The notes under the pieces are model-generated. The model made no database searches. It was not told the origin of the DNA and saw only the letters and a list, made by a program, of their open reading frames with translations. Position numbers and translations under genes: made by a program. Shown here piece after piece: positions 1 to 13,706 of a stretch of DNA of 64,000 nt; the stretch's first letter is position 1, and every line of letters begins with the position of its first letter. The stretch is from Podarcis liolepis. Its lineage: Eukaryota. The DNA lies in NCBI GenBank assembly GCA_965112155.1, contig OZ218098.1, one strand, 5' to 3'.

Positions 1-1352
1 TCGGTTTCCTTTTGCGTTGTGAGTGCGCCAGGGCCAAACCTTTGCTAAACGGTCTCTGTAGCACAGAACTGGAGCAGTGCAGACCACCCAAGGCAGGCAG
101 CCTTCTTACTAAGAATACCCTCAACGTCATCCCCAGGCTCCCACTGTAACAGGCAGACTATTCCTAGCTGCTGGATGGAACATAATGAGGCTTTATTTAA
201 CTTCAATACATAGTATATTTATACATTTTGTGGCTGTTCTATAACCTCTCCGATTGTGTCCTCCAGCAGCACGCAGTAGTACATTGATGCAGATCCCACT
301 TGCGTCAAACATCAGCTCTGCTGAAGTTTATTTTCTCTTTAGCCTGATAAATGCAGATAGGTGCAAAAATATTCATAACCCTCAGATTCATTGACCACAA
401 TTGTGTGGATTAGGACATTGCCTATACACAACTGCATATATTTTTGGTAATATATTCTGATAACAAAAGTAGAAGCTTTGTTGCATTTGCAAATGTATGG
501 CAGGGAATTAGATGACTGATGCAGAAGGGAAGAAAAACGACACATTCTATCTGGTTTCTTTCTAATATTTAATGCTTCCATATGGCTGACTTTTTTTTTA
601 AATGGTTCACTTGTACAAGCACATTGATGATTAGCAAAAATTTCCCAGTGTTGATTCATTACCAATTAAAGCAACAAATTAAACAGTACTACTTTGCATG
701 AGAAGGATGTATATAGAACAAGATTTTATAATAAAATATATTTTATGAGAAATGCTGAGGATTTTGTTAAATGGAAAGGAATACATGAAGCATTTTAATA
801 GAGCAACAAATCAACCAGGTAGTTGTTCTTGATGTGTAGTCAATCTATCAAAGGTTTATGGGGCCCTTAGTAAAACCTTGTAAAATGCTGGCTTTATGGT
901 GACTGTCTGCTCTGCCTCCCAGTCATTTGCTGGCGTCTGAAGCCTGGCAGCCTTATTTATGAGCAATTCTACATTTCAGCCCTAGTAAATTAGGCAACGT
1001 CTAGCATCAACACCCCTGGCCTGTATGCCGAGGACTGCATTTTGGAGACTAAAGAATACTGGGAGTCAGCGGAGGTGTGCTTGTCTTTCTCCAGTGATTT
1101 GCAGCCACACTGGGTTACTGAGGACAAGGATTATTATAGCTCCCCCCTTCCCCCATCAAGCAGCTTTGCTGAAAACATTAAAGATTTAGAAGAAAATCAC
1201 AGATTGACCTTTTATCTGGAAATACATTTTTCCTGACTTTAATTCATTTGAGATACAAAAATATTGACCCAGAAGCTGTTTCATTAGTATTAGTATATAG
1301 TGCACCAAGTTTTTGTATGCTGAAAGGAGTTCAAGTGGGAGAGTGACTAGAG

Positions 1353-1420
1353 CAAGATGAGCGCGCAACCCCAGAGTCAGTCACGACTGGACCTAATGGT
1401 CAGGGGTCCCTTTACCTTTA
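1353..1420 (+). mobile_element. 5'-truncated Sauria SINE 3' end
   Basis: ...gatgagcgcgcaaccccagagtcagtcacgactggacctaatggtcaggggtccctttaccttta; AGCAAGA on both sides may be the TSD. Confidence 0.8.
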
Positions 1421-3322
1421 GCAAGAAAGAATATGCCAGTCTTTGATAGCCGTTACCTAGATGATAGGAATCAGTGCCAGCTCTACGCTCAACCACTCTC
1501 CTTGAATGAGCTCCTACTTCTCCTGCTAATACCCATTCCCATGACCTTTCCCTTTGGGGCCCAGCCTGCCCAGCTGGCTAGAGGGGAGAGGCAAAGGAAG
1601 ATGAGGCGGATGTTTCTCCTCCTTGCTCCCACTAGCTTAGAGGGCCAGGTGAACAAGTGACAACAGCAAAGAAGAGAAGAAACAGGGCTCCAGTGGGTGG
1701 CAGTGGTTCCCTGTTGGGTGAGGGCTTCAGCAGCTGTTCTGACTCCTGACCCCAGGGATGCCTTGAGCACCATATCTAGTTTGGCCCTGAATCTCAAGTG
1801 TAAGCCACCTTTAGAGGAAGAGATTGTTCAGGAGATGGCTCTTGCCCTAATCAACTGCAGATGGCCCTTCATCATGCCAAGTACTCTGTGAATTCTGCAT
1901 AGTTGGGGAACAAGCAAACCAAAGGTCATCCTTCTCATGGGGGAAATGCAGCGGCTGAAACTGGATTCCCTTTCCTAAGTGACCTCAGTGGCACGGGTCA
2001 CTCTTGTGTCACTAATGCTGCTTTCCTTTGTTATCCAGAGCAGCACACAGTTTGTAATGCCTTCAGAGGGATTTGCTGTTTGTTGCTGCCGATAATAGAG
2101 TACACACATTCACCATGTGAACGTCACGTGCTGTTTACATACCAGAGGACAGAGTTGGGTGTGTGCCTACTCTGTTGAAACAGGAGAAAGGTGCTTTGGT
2201 ATGGTATGCTGAAAACTAGCTGCCAACCCCTGATGCTGACCCTGATAGGGATGCATAGATTGAACACACTTTTTGAACTGAGGCAAGTTTTAGTTCTGAA
2301 CAACGGGAGCTTGAGGCCACAGTTAGGTCAGTGTATGCTGTTAATTAAGTAGAGATGCTTATGCAGAGTTCCTACAGGAAATACTTCTCTCTCTCTTTTG
2401 TGGTGCAAAATAAATACTTAGCAAAGTGCTTTGCATACATGAACTCAGCAATTTTTACAACAATTCTATAAAGTAGATGAGTACCTTAATTTCCGTTGGA
2501 TGTACATGTCTGTGAAGCAGACAGTGGCTTGTCTAAGGCTACCCAGTGAACAGATGGTTGAGGTGAGAATTTAACCAGGGTTTCCATCTCCTAACTCTTC
2601 CTTTCCCCCCAGAATTGAGGTATGCTCCATTAATGTGCATGACCTTTGGGTCAGGGCATAGTATGTTAAAGGGAGCAATGCCTTTTAACACTTTTTGACA
2701 GATGTAACCTGTTTGGTTGGCAGAGGAAAGAGAGGCATGCCTCTGGAAGAGAAAAATTCACCGACTCCTCCTAAGCCTTGAGCTATTGAAGGAGGGCTTT
2801 TTTCAGGGTGGGCTGTGTCCCTCCAGAAGTTGTTGGGCTCTTAGCTCCCATGAGCCCCAGCCAACATGGACAATAGGCAGGGATTATTGGAGATGTAGAC
2901 CAGCAACATCTGGAGGGCCACAGGTTCTGATCTAGATGATGCAGGGCAAGTAGCAGTTTGTGCATAAGTAACTGAAGCAGCATCTGATTTCTGGCAGTGG
3001 ACTGGCTGGCTCTGCCCCACTAGAGGAAAAACCCTCCTCCCTGACCCATCTGAATCCGTGGTCCCAGTTAGTACTGAATGAATCCTATGCCACAGTGTGG
3101 CAGGGGAGGCAATTGGTTTGGATGGAAATGGGTACCACCACTGGCTTCCAACATAGCATACATTTTGTTTCTGGTGTGGCTCCTAGAATTGGTCTGCATT
3201 TCTAGCTTCTGTTGATTCTACAGTGCCTTATCTCCCCCAGCTCAGTTTTCTGGGTGAGGTTGATGGTCACCAAGAAAACACTTTTTTTTTTTTAGCTTTT
3301 CAGTCTTCCCTAATGCTCTTAA

Positions 3323-3442
<120 letters not shown>

Positions 3443-3769
3443 TGAGTGTGATAGAGGGCACTGTGTATAATGTTTTCTAGGAGGGGTGGCATGACTGGGA
3501 TATTTTGATGGCACCCCATTGCTTCCAGTGTGGATGCACTGAGGCAGCTGTCCACAGTACTTGGTATTGTTGCCATTGAGTCAAGTGCAGTATTCAGCTG
3601 CTTGACTGCGCCTGCTTTGAAAACAATGGGATACCACTGACACATTTAATTTATACCACAGACAAGTGTTTCTCTTTCTTTTGGTGGATGCACTAGTTTT
3701 TGGTTGGAGATGACTTGTCCCTATTTTGTGGAGACCAGTGCTCAAGACAATATTATTCCCTTTCACTTA

Positions 3770-4050
3770 CTAATTTATTAAAGTAATATATTGACATTCA
3801 TCTGAAGATCTCAGGGCAGTTCACAACATAAAAATACAAAATAAAAACATAAAATGCATAATAAAAACAAAGCAAAGCAATAGCCCCTCCTTCCTACAAA
3901 CACATTTAAAAAGACAAAGAATGTTAATCAGCCCAAGGCCTGGTTGAAGAGGAACATTTTTGCCAGGGGCCTAAAGATGTATGATGAAGGTACCAGGTGA
4001 GCCTCCCTGGGGAGAGCATTCCGCAAAAGAGGAGCCATTGCAGAGAACGA
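3770..4050 (-). mobile_element. L2-like LINE 3' fragment
   Basis: tttatt...ctcagggcagttcacaac...gcctccctggggagagcattcc pattern; boundaries approximate. Confidence 0.55.
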
Positions 4051-4948
4051 CTGCTGGTCACATGGGGGGTCTCCTTTGAGAACAAGGTTGGCATCTGAGT
4101 AGACTGGTTTGTTCAGTAATGATTAATGTATTGTAGCTCATTACAGAGAGATCATTTTGGGGTTCAAATGTTAAGCTTATTAGAAATAATTGCAAAGGAG
4201 ATTACGCAATATTCAATATCTAGTTTGCCCAAGGCCAATTGTGGAGCTATTCATGGACTAGGAAAGACGCAATTGCATTTCTAGGTTGATTGTCACACAC
4301 TCTCCTGGCAATTTCCTTGGACTGTTTGCAGGACACTGTGCATACCATGAAGTCCTCCTACCAGAGATGACAACCCCAGTAACTGCTGCCTTTTATATGT
4401 CCAAAGGGACAGTGACCATACTTTTCTGTCTGCAGCATTTGGTGGGACCTGAGATATTTTTTTGCAGAGGCAAAAAGTTACCTACCCTCTCCCTGCATGC
4501 CATGATGCTGATCGGAAACACCACAGCTATAAATTTTCAAGCACATTTAATTTACACATTTAAAGCATCATCGTCACATTTGGCCGTTAGCTGAAACTAA
4601 TAAAGGTATTACCTCACTATTACTTTTGGATGATCAAAAAGAAGCATTGAGTAGTAGAGGTGTATCTGAATTTCACAGAACCTTTATACAACAGAGTAGA
4701 TGTGTCATTCTGCACACTTAATCAAGATGATGCACGGGAATTGAAAGTGAGAGGCTGCTGACTGAAAGGACTCCTTTGCATCTTAGCCAAGGTTACTTTG
4801 CCACCAAATGTGGGAAAATATCCAAAAACAAAGGCAGTATCTGTGATTATTCATGTGTTAATGCTTAGAGGTCCTTTGTTTCTGCTGCAAATTCTAGCTG
4901 CTGAAGAATTGCAAGTTTGGCACTAACAGACAGAAGTGAAACTGCTTT

Positions 4949-4988
4949 ATTCATTCATTCATTCATTCATTCATTCATTCATTCATTC
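4949..4988. repeat. (ATTC)10 microsatellite
   Basis: Direct reading. Confidence 0.95.
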
Positions 4989-5549
4989 TTTACCAATATA
5001 TTATTTGAGGAATGGCCTTGTTCAAAATGATACAAGAGGTGTATCCTCTGGAAACTGCCTTTGGGAATCTCATTGAAATTGTTTCAATGACCTTCAGAAT
5101 TCCTAAGGACGTTTCACCAAGGCAAGGCACTTAAAATTCACTTTAAACTTGGATTTATGCAAAATTCAGGGCCTGGGAAATAGATTACAAACGCCATTTC
5201 TTAAAAGCTGGATTGTGGCCATGGGTGGAATGCAAATCTCATTTCAACGGGAGGAGTATTAACCCATCTCTTTAGGCTGTCCCCCCCTTCACTCGAAACA
5301 GGCTCCACTTCGCCTGCTTGCCTACCAGCAGGAGAAAGGATTTGAATGCCTTCTTTCTTGGATGGGGAAGCAGTTAGTGAGAAAATGGTCAAAGGCGGAA
5401 AGGGGTTAAGAATACAGAGAAGAAAACCTTTCCCTTGTAGACAGCAATGTGGGGCAGAAGATTACCCAGTGCCTTATTTTTCTGTGGAAAATGCTCTGTT
5501 CCATAAGTTCATTAGTAATGATGAATGAATGCCGGTTGCAAATACAATA

Positions 5550-5791
5550 CAGTGGTACCTCGGGTTACAGACGCTTCAGGTTACAGACACTTCAGGTTAC
5601 AGACTCTGCTAACCCAGAAATAGTACCTCGGGTTAAGAACTTTGCTTCAGGATGAGAACAGAAATTGTGCTCTGGTGGCGCGGCAGCAGCAGGAGGCCCC
5701 ATTAGCTAAAGTGGTACCTCAGGTTAAGAACAGTTTCAGGTTAAGAACGGACCTCCGGAACGAATTAAGTTCGTAACCAGAGGTACCACTG
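5550..5791. mobile_element. Tc1/mariner-pogo type MITE
   Basis: TIR CAGTGGTACCTC(G/T)GGTTAC at both ends, TA target duplication. Confidence 0.9.
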
Positions 5792-5933
5792 TATTAGGTA
5801 AGCATGGGAGTTTAGCTTCATTAACTAAATACAAGTAAAGCAAACAAGCTAAATTAGGTCACTCTCTAGGGCACCAGAACAATTTCCAAAGCAAACTGAA
5901 CATTTGTCAATGCAAATTAATATAGGAAAAAAT

Positions 5934-7136
5934 TCTATTATTTTTTTTAAAATAATTTTTATTAAGTTTCATATTACCAAATTAAACACATCAAACCAAT
6001 TAATCCAAATTATAACAATACATATCATGTAATCCAATTGTATTCCAAATTATAAATTTTTGTGGGGGGTACCCATGCTTCTTGATCGGCAGGCGTCCAA
6101 TCCTCGAATATTTGTACTGCTTTCATTTTAAGAATGATATTTCCAGTCCCCTCTTCTCAATCCTTGTCATTACTCATTTTCCTTTTCATTCACCTCTGAG
6201 TTGCTCCGCAAGTGGGTTGAAAAAAACAGTCTTATTTGTGTTTCTGTGTGGGCTTTGTGCTGCTCTCTCGCAAATCACTCTCATCCAATAGTCCAGGCAT
6301 TTCCGCTCGAGCAAGCAATCGTCATTTTGTCGTTCCGATGAAATACAGTCTAAAAGCTCGCTCTTTAACTTTCCCGACCTGTTGCATTGTAAATTACTCT
6401 TTTTCCAGGAGGGCTGCCCCTTCCAGATCGCAATCTCCTCGAAAATAATAAATCTTCGGCTCTCCCTCCCCAAGACCAAACCTCCTGCAACACAGGTCTC
6501 GTATCAAATCTCCATTCTTACTGCGTCACAGAGAGAGCCCTTCTTCTTTCCAAATCCTTCACAGAGTAAAACCTTTAAGTTCATATTATTCCCACACAAT
6601 TCATTTTTAGTCCCATTTGCAATTAGTTGCTGTAACGGATCTTCTAAGAGGGAGGGTTATTAGTTAATCACATAGAGCAAAAAAATAAAAAGTCATTCCC
6701 CCCCCCCTTTCAGTTCCGTTGCATTCCATTCCACATACCATGTCTGTAGTACTTTGATGTAATCTTCCGTCTTAGTCTTCTTCATTTCAGTGGTAAAATT
6801 GTTAGCAGATAAGAACCTCCTGCCTCTCTTGAAGCATGTGCGTTATCTTTCACCAATTTTTTTCCTTTTAAGTAACGCAACTAGTTTCGCACCTGGAAGT
6901 AGCTTCGGAGGAGTTCCGAGGCCCGCCGAGGGTTGTGCACCCAGTGCCTCACCCCCTCCTTCTTCCGAACTCGGGGGTGATTTATGGCAACAACAGGTGA
7001 AAGCTGCATCTGTCCCCCCTGGAGAGATGAAGGGAGACTGATTTACTCCCCATAATCAGCCTCTAATTACCTCGTGCGGGCTGGATAGATGTTAATATCC
7101 GCCATCTTCCAAGGCGCCCCTAGCGCCCCCCCCCCC
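5934..7136 (-). mobile_element. 1.2-kb L1-like non-autonomous retroposon, apparently both ends intact
   Basis: 15-bp TSD AATATAGGAAAAAAT (5919-5933, 7137-7151); minus strand begins with poly-G then AAGATGGCG (YY1 motif, 7100-7108) and ends with AATAAA (5958-5963) plus A-rich tail. Confidence 0.75.
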
Positions 7137-8067
7137 AATATAGGAAAAAAATCTGGTTCAAAATTTTCTAGAAGACCATCTGCAGCTGCATTTCAGTTTT
7201 TTGTTTTTTTTAAAAATCGGTTTCACATTTCCCAACATATTTTAGCCTTTTGGTATACTAAGGTACAGTATGCTAAACACTCTGACCATTACTATGTGCG
7301 ATCCTTGAGAGCTTGCATCAAAAGGTAGTTAATCCTAAAAACACAGGTGGTTATCTTTTTTTTGTTTTGTTTATAAAAATAGTAGTCTCTTGGGTAGTGC
7401 AATATAATAAAGGTAGAAATGCTTTCTGTTTATTGAACCTATCAAACACAGATACCCTCAAGCTATTTCAAGGCACTCTCTGAAACAATAAAGGCTAAAT
7501 ATATATTACTTTTTCAAGCCTAGAAATACCACTACGCTTTGGAATGAGAAGCTGCTTGGATGCAGTCCACAGGCAGCATCACCTCTATGACTGCTGTGTT
7601 TGGTCTTGTTTTCATTTCTCAGTTCAGCCCAAAAGTTATAAAAAATTCAGTTTGTAACAATGCTAGCCCAAATTTCAAGTGGTGGGAGTAGAAAGTTGTA
7701 GTTTTTCCCTGATCCACCCCAGAAAGAACAATTTACTCTATGTTAGAGAACGTGGCTAAGCCCTAAGAAGGTCCACACAGAGTTTCAGTTCTCATTCTAA
7801 TGTGTGTTTCTAACCCACATTTGAAGTTCTGTAGCTGTGTTGATTATGAAGACCACTATTTGATAGTTTTCAGATGGTATCATTAACACTCTGCATAGTT
7901 ATTAGCCTAATAGTTTTATAACTCCTTCTCAAACATTGTTTCTGTATGTAGTCTTAATTATTAATTTCCTGGCCCACAAGCACTTGTGTACCACAGCCTA
8001 TGTATTTACAGTAAAAATGACCACTGAAGACAGTCTCCAAGGTCAAATTGCTTGTAGGATGAATGTA

Positions 8068-8499
8068 ACATATTTTCCCGTGTGTAACACGCCCTCGTGT
8101 ATAAGACGCCCCCTATTTTGGGGGGCTCAAAATTCAGAAAATGGGGGGGGGAAAACATTGCTCAGAGTTGTTGAGCATTTGGGGGGGGGGAGATTGCTGG
8201 AAATCACTCACCCGCCTGACATATGCTGCCACTTGCATGCACCGCTAAAGCTGCCTATCGTCTGTCCCCTCGCCGGCAGAAGCCGCCAGTTGCCCGCCCA
8301 TTTACCACAGCGACACCCAATCAACACCAGCCCTTGCCGCAGCCACCAGTGACACGCCAAATAGCCGCTGACAATCTCCAGCTCCCGGCAGCAACCAATC
8401 TCACGTCCCCCCTATGCACTATCTGTGTATAAGACGACCACCAAAATTTAACATAGTTTTTAAATAAAAAAACCTCAGCTTATACATGGAAAAGTACAG
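8068..8499. mobile_element. Degenerate Tigger/pogo-type non-autonomous DNA transposon
   Basis: Ends acatattttcccgtgtgtaa / ttatacatggaaaagtacag, TA flanks, internal gtataagacg motifs. Confidence 0.7.
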
Positions 8500-9374
8500 T
8501 AAGTTCCTTTCTTGGCAGACATTATTAGCATGTTGTGGACGTCCAGTTCTGTGGAACCGGTTTTACTTGGTAAAAACATCTGGCTACAGGGACTGCTTTG
8601 CAGCATCCTAGATATGTTTGCATAAGGATAAAAATGGTAGCACTGCATATTCACCATGTGCTATATATGTACACAGAGATAGGAAATGCATTAGCACTCA
8701 GCCTGTTAATGCTGTTGCAGCTTTTGTAAAGAGACTGCAGAGGCAGCAAAAGTCCACTGCTGTTGTGGCTTGAAATTTAATGTTTTCATTAAGCATTGCA
8801 GCTCACAAGTCCAAAAGTAGAAGCAGTTGAATTTCATGGACAGTAGAGCGGTGATGTTAAGCAAGTGTCTCCAAGACTTTGAAAATGACCATCATGAATG
8901 AAGCAAGCAAGTTATATTATTCCCAGGCTGTATTGCATTACATAGCTATGACTTCTACACACTGTCAGTAAAGAACATCATCACTCTAAGGAATCCTGAC
9001 TTGTCTCATGAATTTCATGTTGGCTACTGTGTCTCAACGTTTCTAATTAAAAAGCATTGCTTTCCAAAATCACTTTCAAGCATTTGAAAATATTGCTGCA
9101 TTTCGGTACCATATCATCACTCAGGTTTACTCCTTCCTGTGGTATCACATAACTTTGCTTTTTTATCTTGACCTTCACTTTGTTTGTTGTTCTAGAGTGG
9201 GGCTGGAAAGCTGCTGATTTTAGCTCTTTCTCTGCCTAGCTGCTAAGCATTATTGCATTAGTTGTTTCTTTGTGGACGTAATCAAAATCGGCAGGGAAGC
9301 CGATATCTTTAAACCACCTCACTTTCTGCTTTGTGTTCTATTTTGCTTGGAGAACAGAAATACGCAACAGAAAT

Positions 9375-10105
9375 TGCCTAAATTTTAAAACCATCCAATT
9401 TGGAGGCCATCACTGCCTCTTGTGGAAATGACTTCCATAATTTAATTATGCATTGTGTGAATAAGTATTTTCCTTTATCTGTCTTGAAAAAATTAATATT
9501 CTGCTTCATTGGGTGTCCATGAGTTCTAGTGTTATGTGTGTGAGAGAAACTTTTCTTCATCCACTTTCTTCATACCATAAATAAATTATTTAAGTGTCTA
9601 TCATCTTGCCTCTTACTCAGCTTTCCCCTAAACTAAAGAGTTCCAAATACTATTACCTTTCCTCATAGGGGAGCCCCTTGATAATTTGGGCTGCCCTTTT
9701 CTGCATGTCCAGAAGTATACACAGCATTCCAAATGCGATAGTACCATAGATTTGAATCACAGCTTTATGAAACCAGCTGTTTTATTTTCACTTCCTTTCC
9801 TAATGATCCCTAGCATGGCATTTGCCTTTTTCATGGCTGTGGCTTTCTAAGTCAACATCTTCATGAAACCTATTCATTAGGACACCAAGGTCTCATTCCT
9901 GGTCTGTCACCACCAGTTCAGACCCCATAAACATTTATGTAAAATTAAGATTTTTTTTTTAACCCAACATGCATCGCTTTACACTTGTATACATTGAAAT
10001 GCTTTGCCATATTACTGCCCATTAGCTCAGTCTGTTTGGAGTTTTTCACAATCTTGTCTTGTTTTAATGATCCTGAATAATTTAGTATTGGCCACCTTAC
10101 TTCAC
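9375..10105 (-). mobile_element. Older CR1 LINE fragment
   Basis: Minus-strand translation fragments FTQCIIKLWKSFPQEAVMASKLDGFK and FNVYKCKAMHVG typical of CR1 ORF2 C-terminus; boundaries approximate. Confidence 0.75.
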
Positions 10106-10505
10106 TGTATTTACTGATCTTGATTATATACTCTTGCTTGAAATGGAAACTGTCACCTTGCTGAATCAGACTAAGATCCACCTAGTCTTAGTATTCTCTT
10201 GCAAATATCCCAGCAACCAGCAGGTGCTTTGCGTTCTGCTAGAAATAAGCCAGTTGTCCCCTAGTAGACTATGCACTATCTTCTACTCACTGTGACAGAA
10301 ATTAAGTTTGTGTCTCTTGTTTTAGAGACCTTCAAAAAAGTGACTGCAGCATATACCCTATATATACTGGGAATTTTTCTCAAAGGGTTGCCACCAACTT
10401 TCCCCCCTACACTTCAAGTTCTAAAGCAGTAACTCCCTGTAGATATCCACATTTTCTCCTAAATTTGTGAGGTGGCTAAGAGCTTTGAGGGGCAGAGAAA
10501 GAATA

Positions 10506-10766
10506 CAGTGGACGCTCGGGTTGTGAACGTGACCCATGCGGGAAGCACGTCCGCAACCCGCAGTGTTCGCAACCTGCAGCGCCACGTCTGCTCACACACG
10601 GGTTGCAATTCGGCGCTTCTGTGCATGCGCAAAGCGCGATTTAGTGCTTCTGCGCATGCACGAGTGCCAAAACCCAGAAGTAACCCATTCCGGTACTTCC
10701 GGGTTCAGCATGGTGCACAACCTGAAAACACGCAACCTGAAGCGTCTGTAACCCGAGGTATGACTT
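10506..10766. mobile_element. Tc1/mariner-type MITE
   Basis: ta|CAGTGGACGCTCGGGTT ... GTAACCCGAGGTATGACTT|ta imperfect TIRs, CpG-rich interior with GCGCATGC-like repeats. Confidence 0.8.
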
Positions 10767-11405
10767 TATAGAAAATGGAGGCCCTCCCTACCAGATTCCA
10801 CTTCCACATGCATGTAGCTAGTCAACTGCAATAATGAATTGTTTGGGGGAAATGTCAACAGCTCTTTAATTTCCCTTCACGCCAATGTGATTTGATATGG
10901 AAAAATTCCTTCCTATGTTCTCAAAGGATAAATCTATATTTAGTGATTTAATAATCTTCACTGCGGCCTTCCACCTATAATCCCCTCAGATGAGAGGAGG
11001 GTGAATCCAAACAGCAGCCATGCAGTCCGAGAAATTAACTGCCTGTAGTTCCCTGAAGCAATTCTGTTATATCTTTAGGGAAGTCAACAAAGTACTTGAG
11101 GAAGCTTTCAGCAGTGGCAGTTCCCTTAGGCAAGGGGGGTGAACTTTATGCTACCTGACTTTTTCCACAGGGTTGAAGTTGTTGACGGTTCACAGATGCT
11201 AAGCTTCAAAGCTGTTGTGCTTGGATTGGAAGGAATAAACTTGACAGGCCGCCGTTTGCACCTTTAGCTGTTAGGGCAAGTTGCCATCCATTGGCCAGGA
11301 TCCTTGGCTGTTCTAAATCTCCTGAGGAAGTACAGCAACTGAGCAGTTTTGTGTCTGGAGAATTTTCCGTATTTGTAAAGAGATTTTTTCTCCTTCATAT
11401 GGATC

Positions 11406-11590
11406 TAGAATCATAGAATCATAGAATCATAGAGTTGGAATAGACCACAAGGGCCATCGAGTCCAACCCCCTGCCAAGCAGGAAACACCATCAGAGCACT
11501 CCTGACATATGGTTGTCAAGCCTCTGCTTAAAGACCTCCAAAGAAGGAGACTCCACCACACTCCTTGGCAGCAAATTCCACTGTCGAACA
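11406..11590 (-). mobile_element. CR1 LINE 3' end
   Basis: (TAGAATCA)3 octamer tail followed by CR1-type 3' UTR gagttggaa..accacaagggccatcgagtccaacccc. Confidence 0.88.
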
Positions 11591-12394
11591 GTGTCGAATC
11601 TCTTTGGGCTTTAAACCAAATTCACGTAGCCTGCTGCTTCCTGATGTTTTTCTCCTTACTGTGGGCAGCTAAAGTGATGACATAAGTTTATCCTTATCCC
11701 TCCCATTGCAAAGTGCTGGGATTCAATGTGTCAGATAATATTCTACTAATTCAAAGTACTGCAGTACATTTGGTTATTGCAATAGGAGCAGTTTCTTCTT
11801 AGAGCTTCCCAGTATTGTTGTAGCAGCAACGCAGGATGTTAAATGGGAAGTATCTTAACAGGATCCCCCAGATGTTGGGAGGGTTTTCACCTTTGATTGC
11901 CTAGTTTTGTGCAACGGTTGCTGTCCCATCTATGCCAATCCTGCTTCTCCATTTGGCAAGCGACCATCATAGCAATTGACATACTCACGATGTGGGATGC
12001 TAGTGATAATGTGCTGAATCAATGTGTCTGTTCATAGAAGCAGCATAATTGCTGGAGGAAGCAGCCATTGGGAAATGCCTTCATGGGTGGATCTTCAAGC
12101 AGGCATCTGAACCTTGCTAATACAAGTAAGCAAGGTGGAGGGCTACCTGAAAGGCCATATAGAGATAAGCCTGATATCCAGTTTAAACCATTCTTAAACC
12201 TGAGTACTGGTCTAAATGGAGCAGTTGTAAGGTGACCTCACCTCCCCCACACCTCCAGTAGGATTACCAACTTCTTTATTAATTGGGGTTAGATTAAATT
12301 TGAGTAAATGGTGCTGAACACATGCTCGAGAGATGCCTCCCATATGACACTTGTCATTCGTCTGTCGTTTATTTCAACCCAACAGTAAAGAGTG

Positions 12395-12545
12395 GTGGGG
12401 AAGGTGTGGCCCTCCAGATATCAATGATGCTAGACTACCAACTCCTATCAGTCCCAGAAATTACGGCCAATGGTTGGGATGATGAGAGTTGTGGTCTAGT
12501 AACACCATGATCTCCTGGAGGACCAAATGCTCCCCATCCCTGCCT
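12395..12545. mobile_element. Short fold-back MITE family common in squamates (other copies ~2810-2930, 28360-28485, 38556-38670, 40700-40820, 51545-51680, 62805-62910)
   Basis: gtggccctccagat...gactac(c)aactcc...gagttgt(a/g)gtc...ctggag internal inverted repeat seen repeatedly in the window. Confidence 0.65.
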
Positions 12546-13706
12546 TTAAAGAACCTAATGAACATCTTATTTATTTACTTTGTTACAACACCAGCAACAA
12601 CTTTATGTTATTGCTTTATTCCACATAGTCTCAAAGTGGTTTACACCATAAAACAAAAAAATATATAAAAATAGATACAATTAAATAAAACCACAGTGGT
12701 GGCAAGATTGGGGGAGCTCTGGGGTGGCCGCAGTTGCTCCAGAGCTCAGCTCAACTTGTCCTATGCTTGTTCTGGTGCGTGCATTGCCTCTCTGCACCCC
12801 CACATCCCCTCACAAGCCACTGCTGCACAGTAGCTTTCCTCCTTCATAGTTCCTGCTTTCTCCCCTTGGCCAATGGATTTTGGTATGACAGTGACGGTTC
12901 TGCCTGTGGATTATATGTCTTATATTAGGACAGAGGATGAATCATTATGAGAAGAACTGAAGAAAGCAGTTGAATGTGTTCTGTGTTTACTGCTGGGGAT
13001 CTGAGATCAGGGATAGATGAATTGCTTGCCATCAGAGAGGTTTTATTTGCAAGACGAGCCCCTGAATAGCCCCATGTTGACCACAAACCTTCACATTTTT
13101 GCCCGGTCCATACAAACACAACTGGAAATTCTCTCTGCTCTACCCCCTCCCCTGCAGTGTTTACAATTTCATTTTCTTTGGATGTGCACTTGCTTGCCTA
13201 AGTGCCTGGGGGATTATGCTTGTTTGGCTTGCTTGTACCTTTCGTAGGAGCGCAATGGCAACAGACGCTCACTGGATCAGAAGCAAAGCTTCTGCATTTC
13301 CCTGAGCTTTTGGGGAGACTTTCTCACCAAAGAATGGCTTTGCTTGTGGTGAAAGCTGGTCTTTGGTGGTGTATTATTCAGCACTGTGCATCTGGCTATC
13401 CAACACCATTTTTTGTTTCTCTTGAGTGTCTCTTCACTGCCTTGGATAGTTTAAGTCACTTGGTTACCTCCGGCCTTTTTTTCTGCATTGCATTCATTAC
13501 CAATCAAGTCAAAATTGGGCATGTCTGATGACTAACATTCCCCAGGGTTTGTTCCTTCTGTGATCCATAAGTGACAGAGACAGGGCTTCTCACAGAGAGA
13601 AACAAGCCTGGCTGTTGCTTTGCCTGGAGGCAGGTTAACCCAGTTGGGGTCAATCAGCTGATTTTTCTTTGTCTCCCTCTCCCTCTCTTTCCTATCTTTT
13701 TGTCAG

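Noticed and set aside
11150-11270. Good-looking acceptor (ctgactttttccacag ending 11170) in the long SLC25A22 intron
   Set aside because: No matching donor found, in-frame stop follows, and no similarity to carrier sequence.
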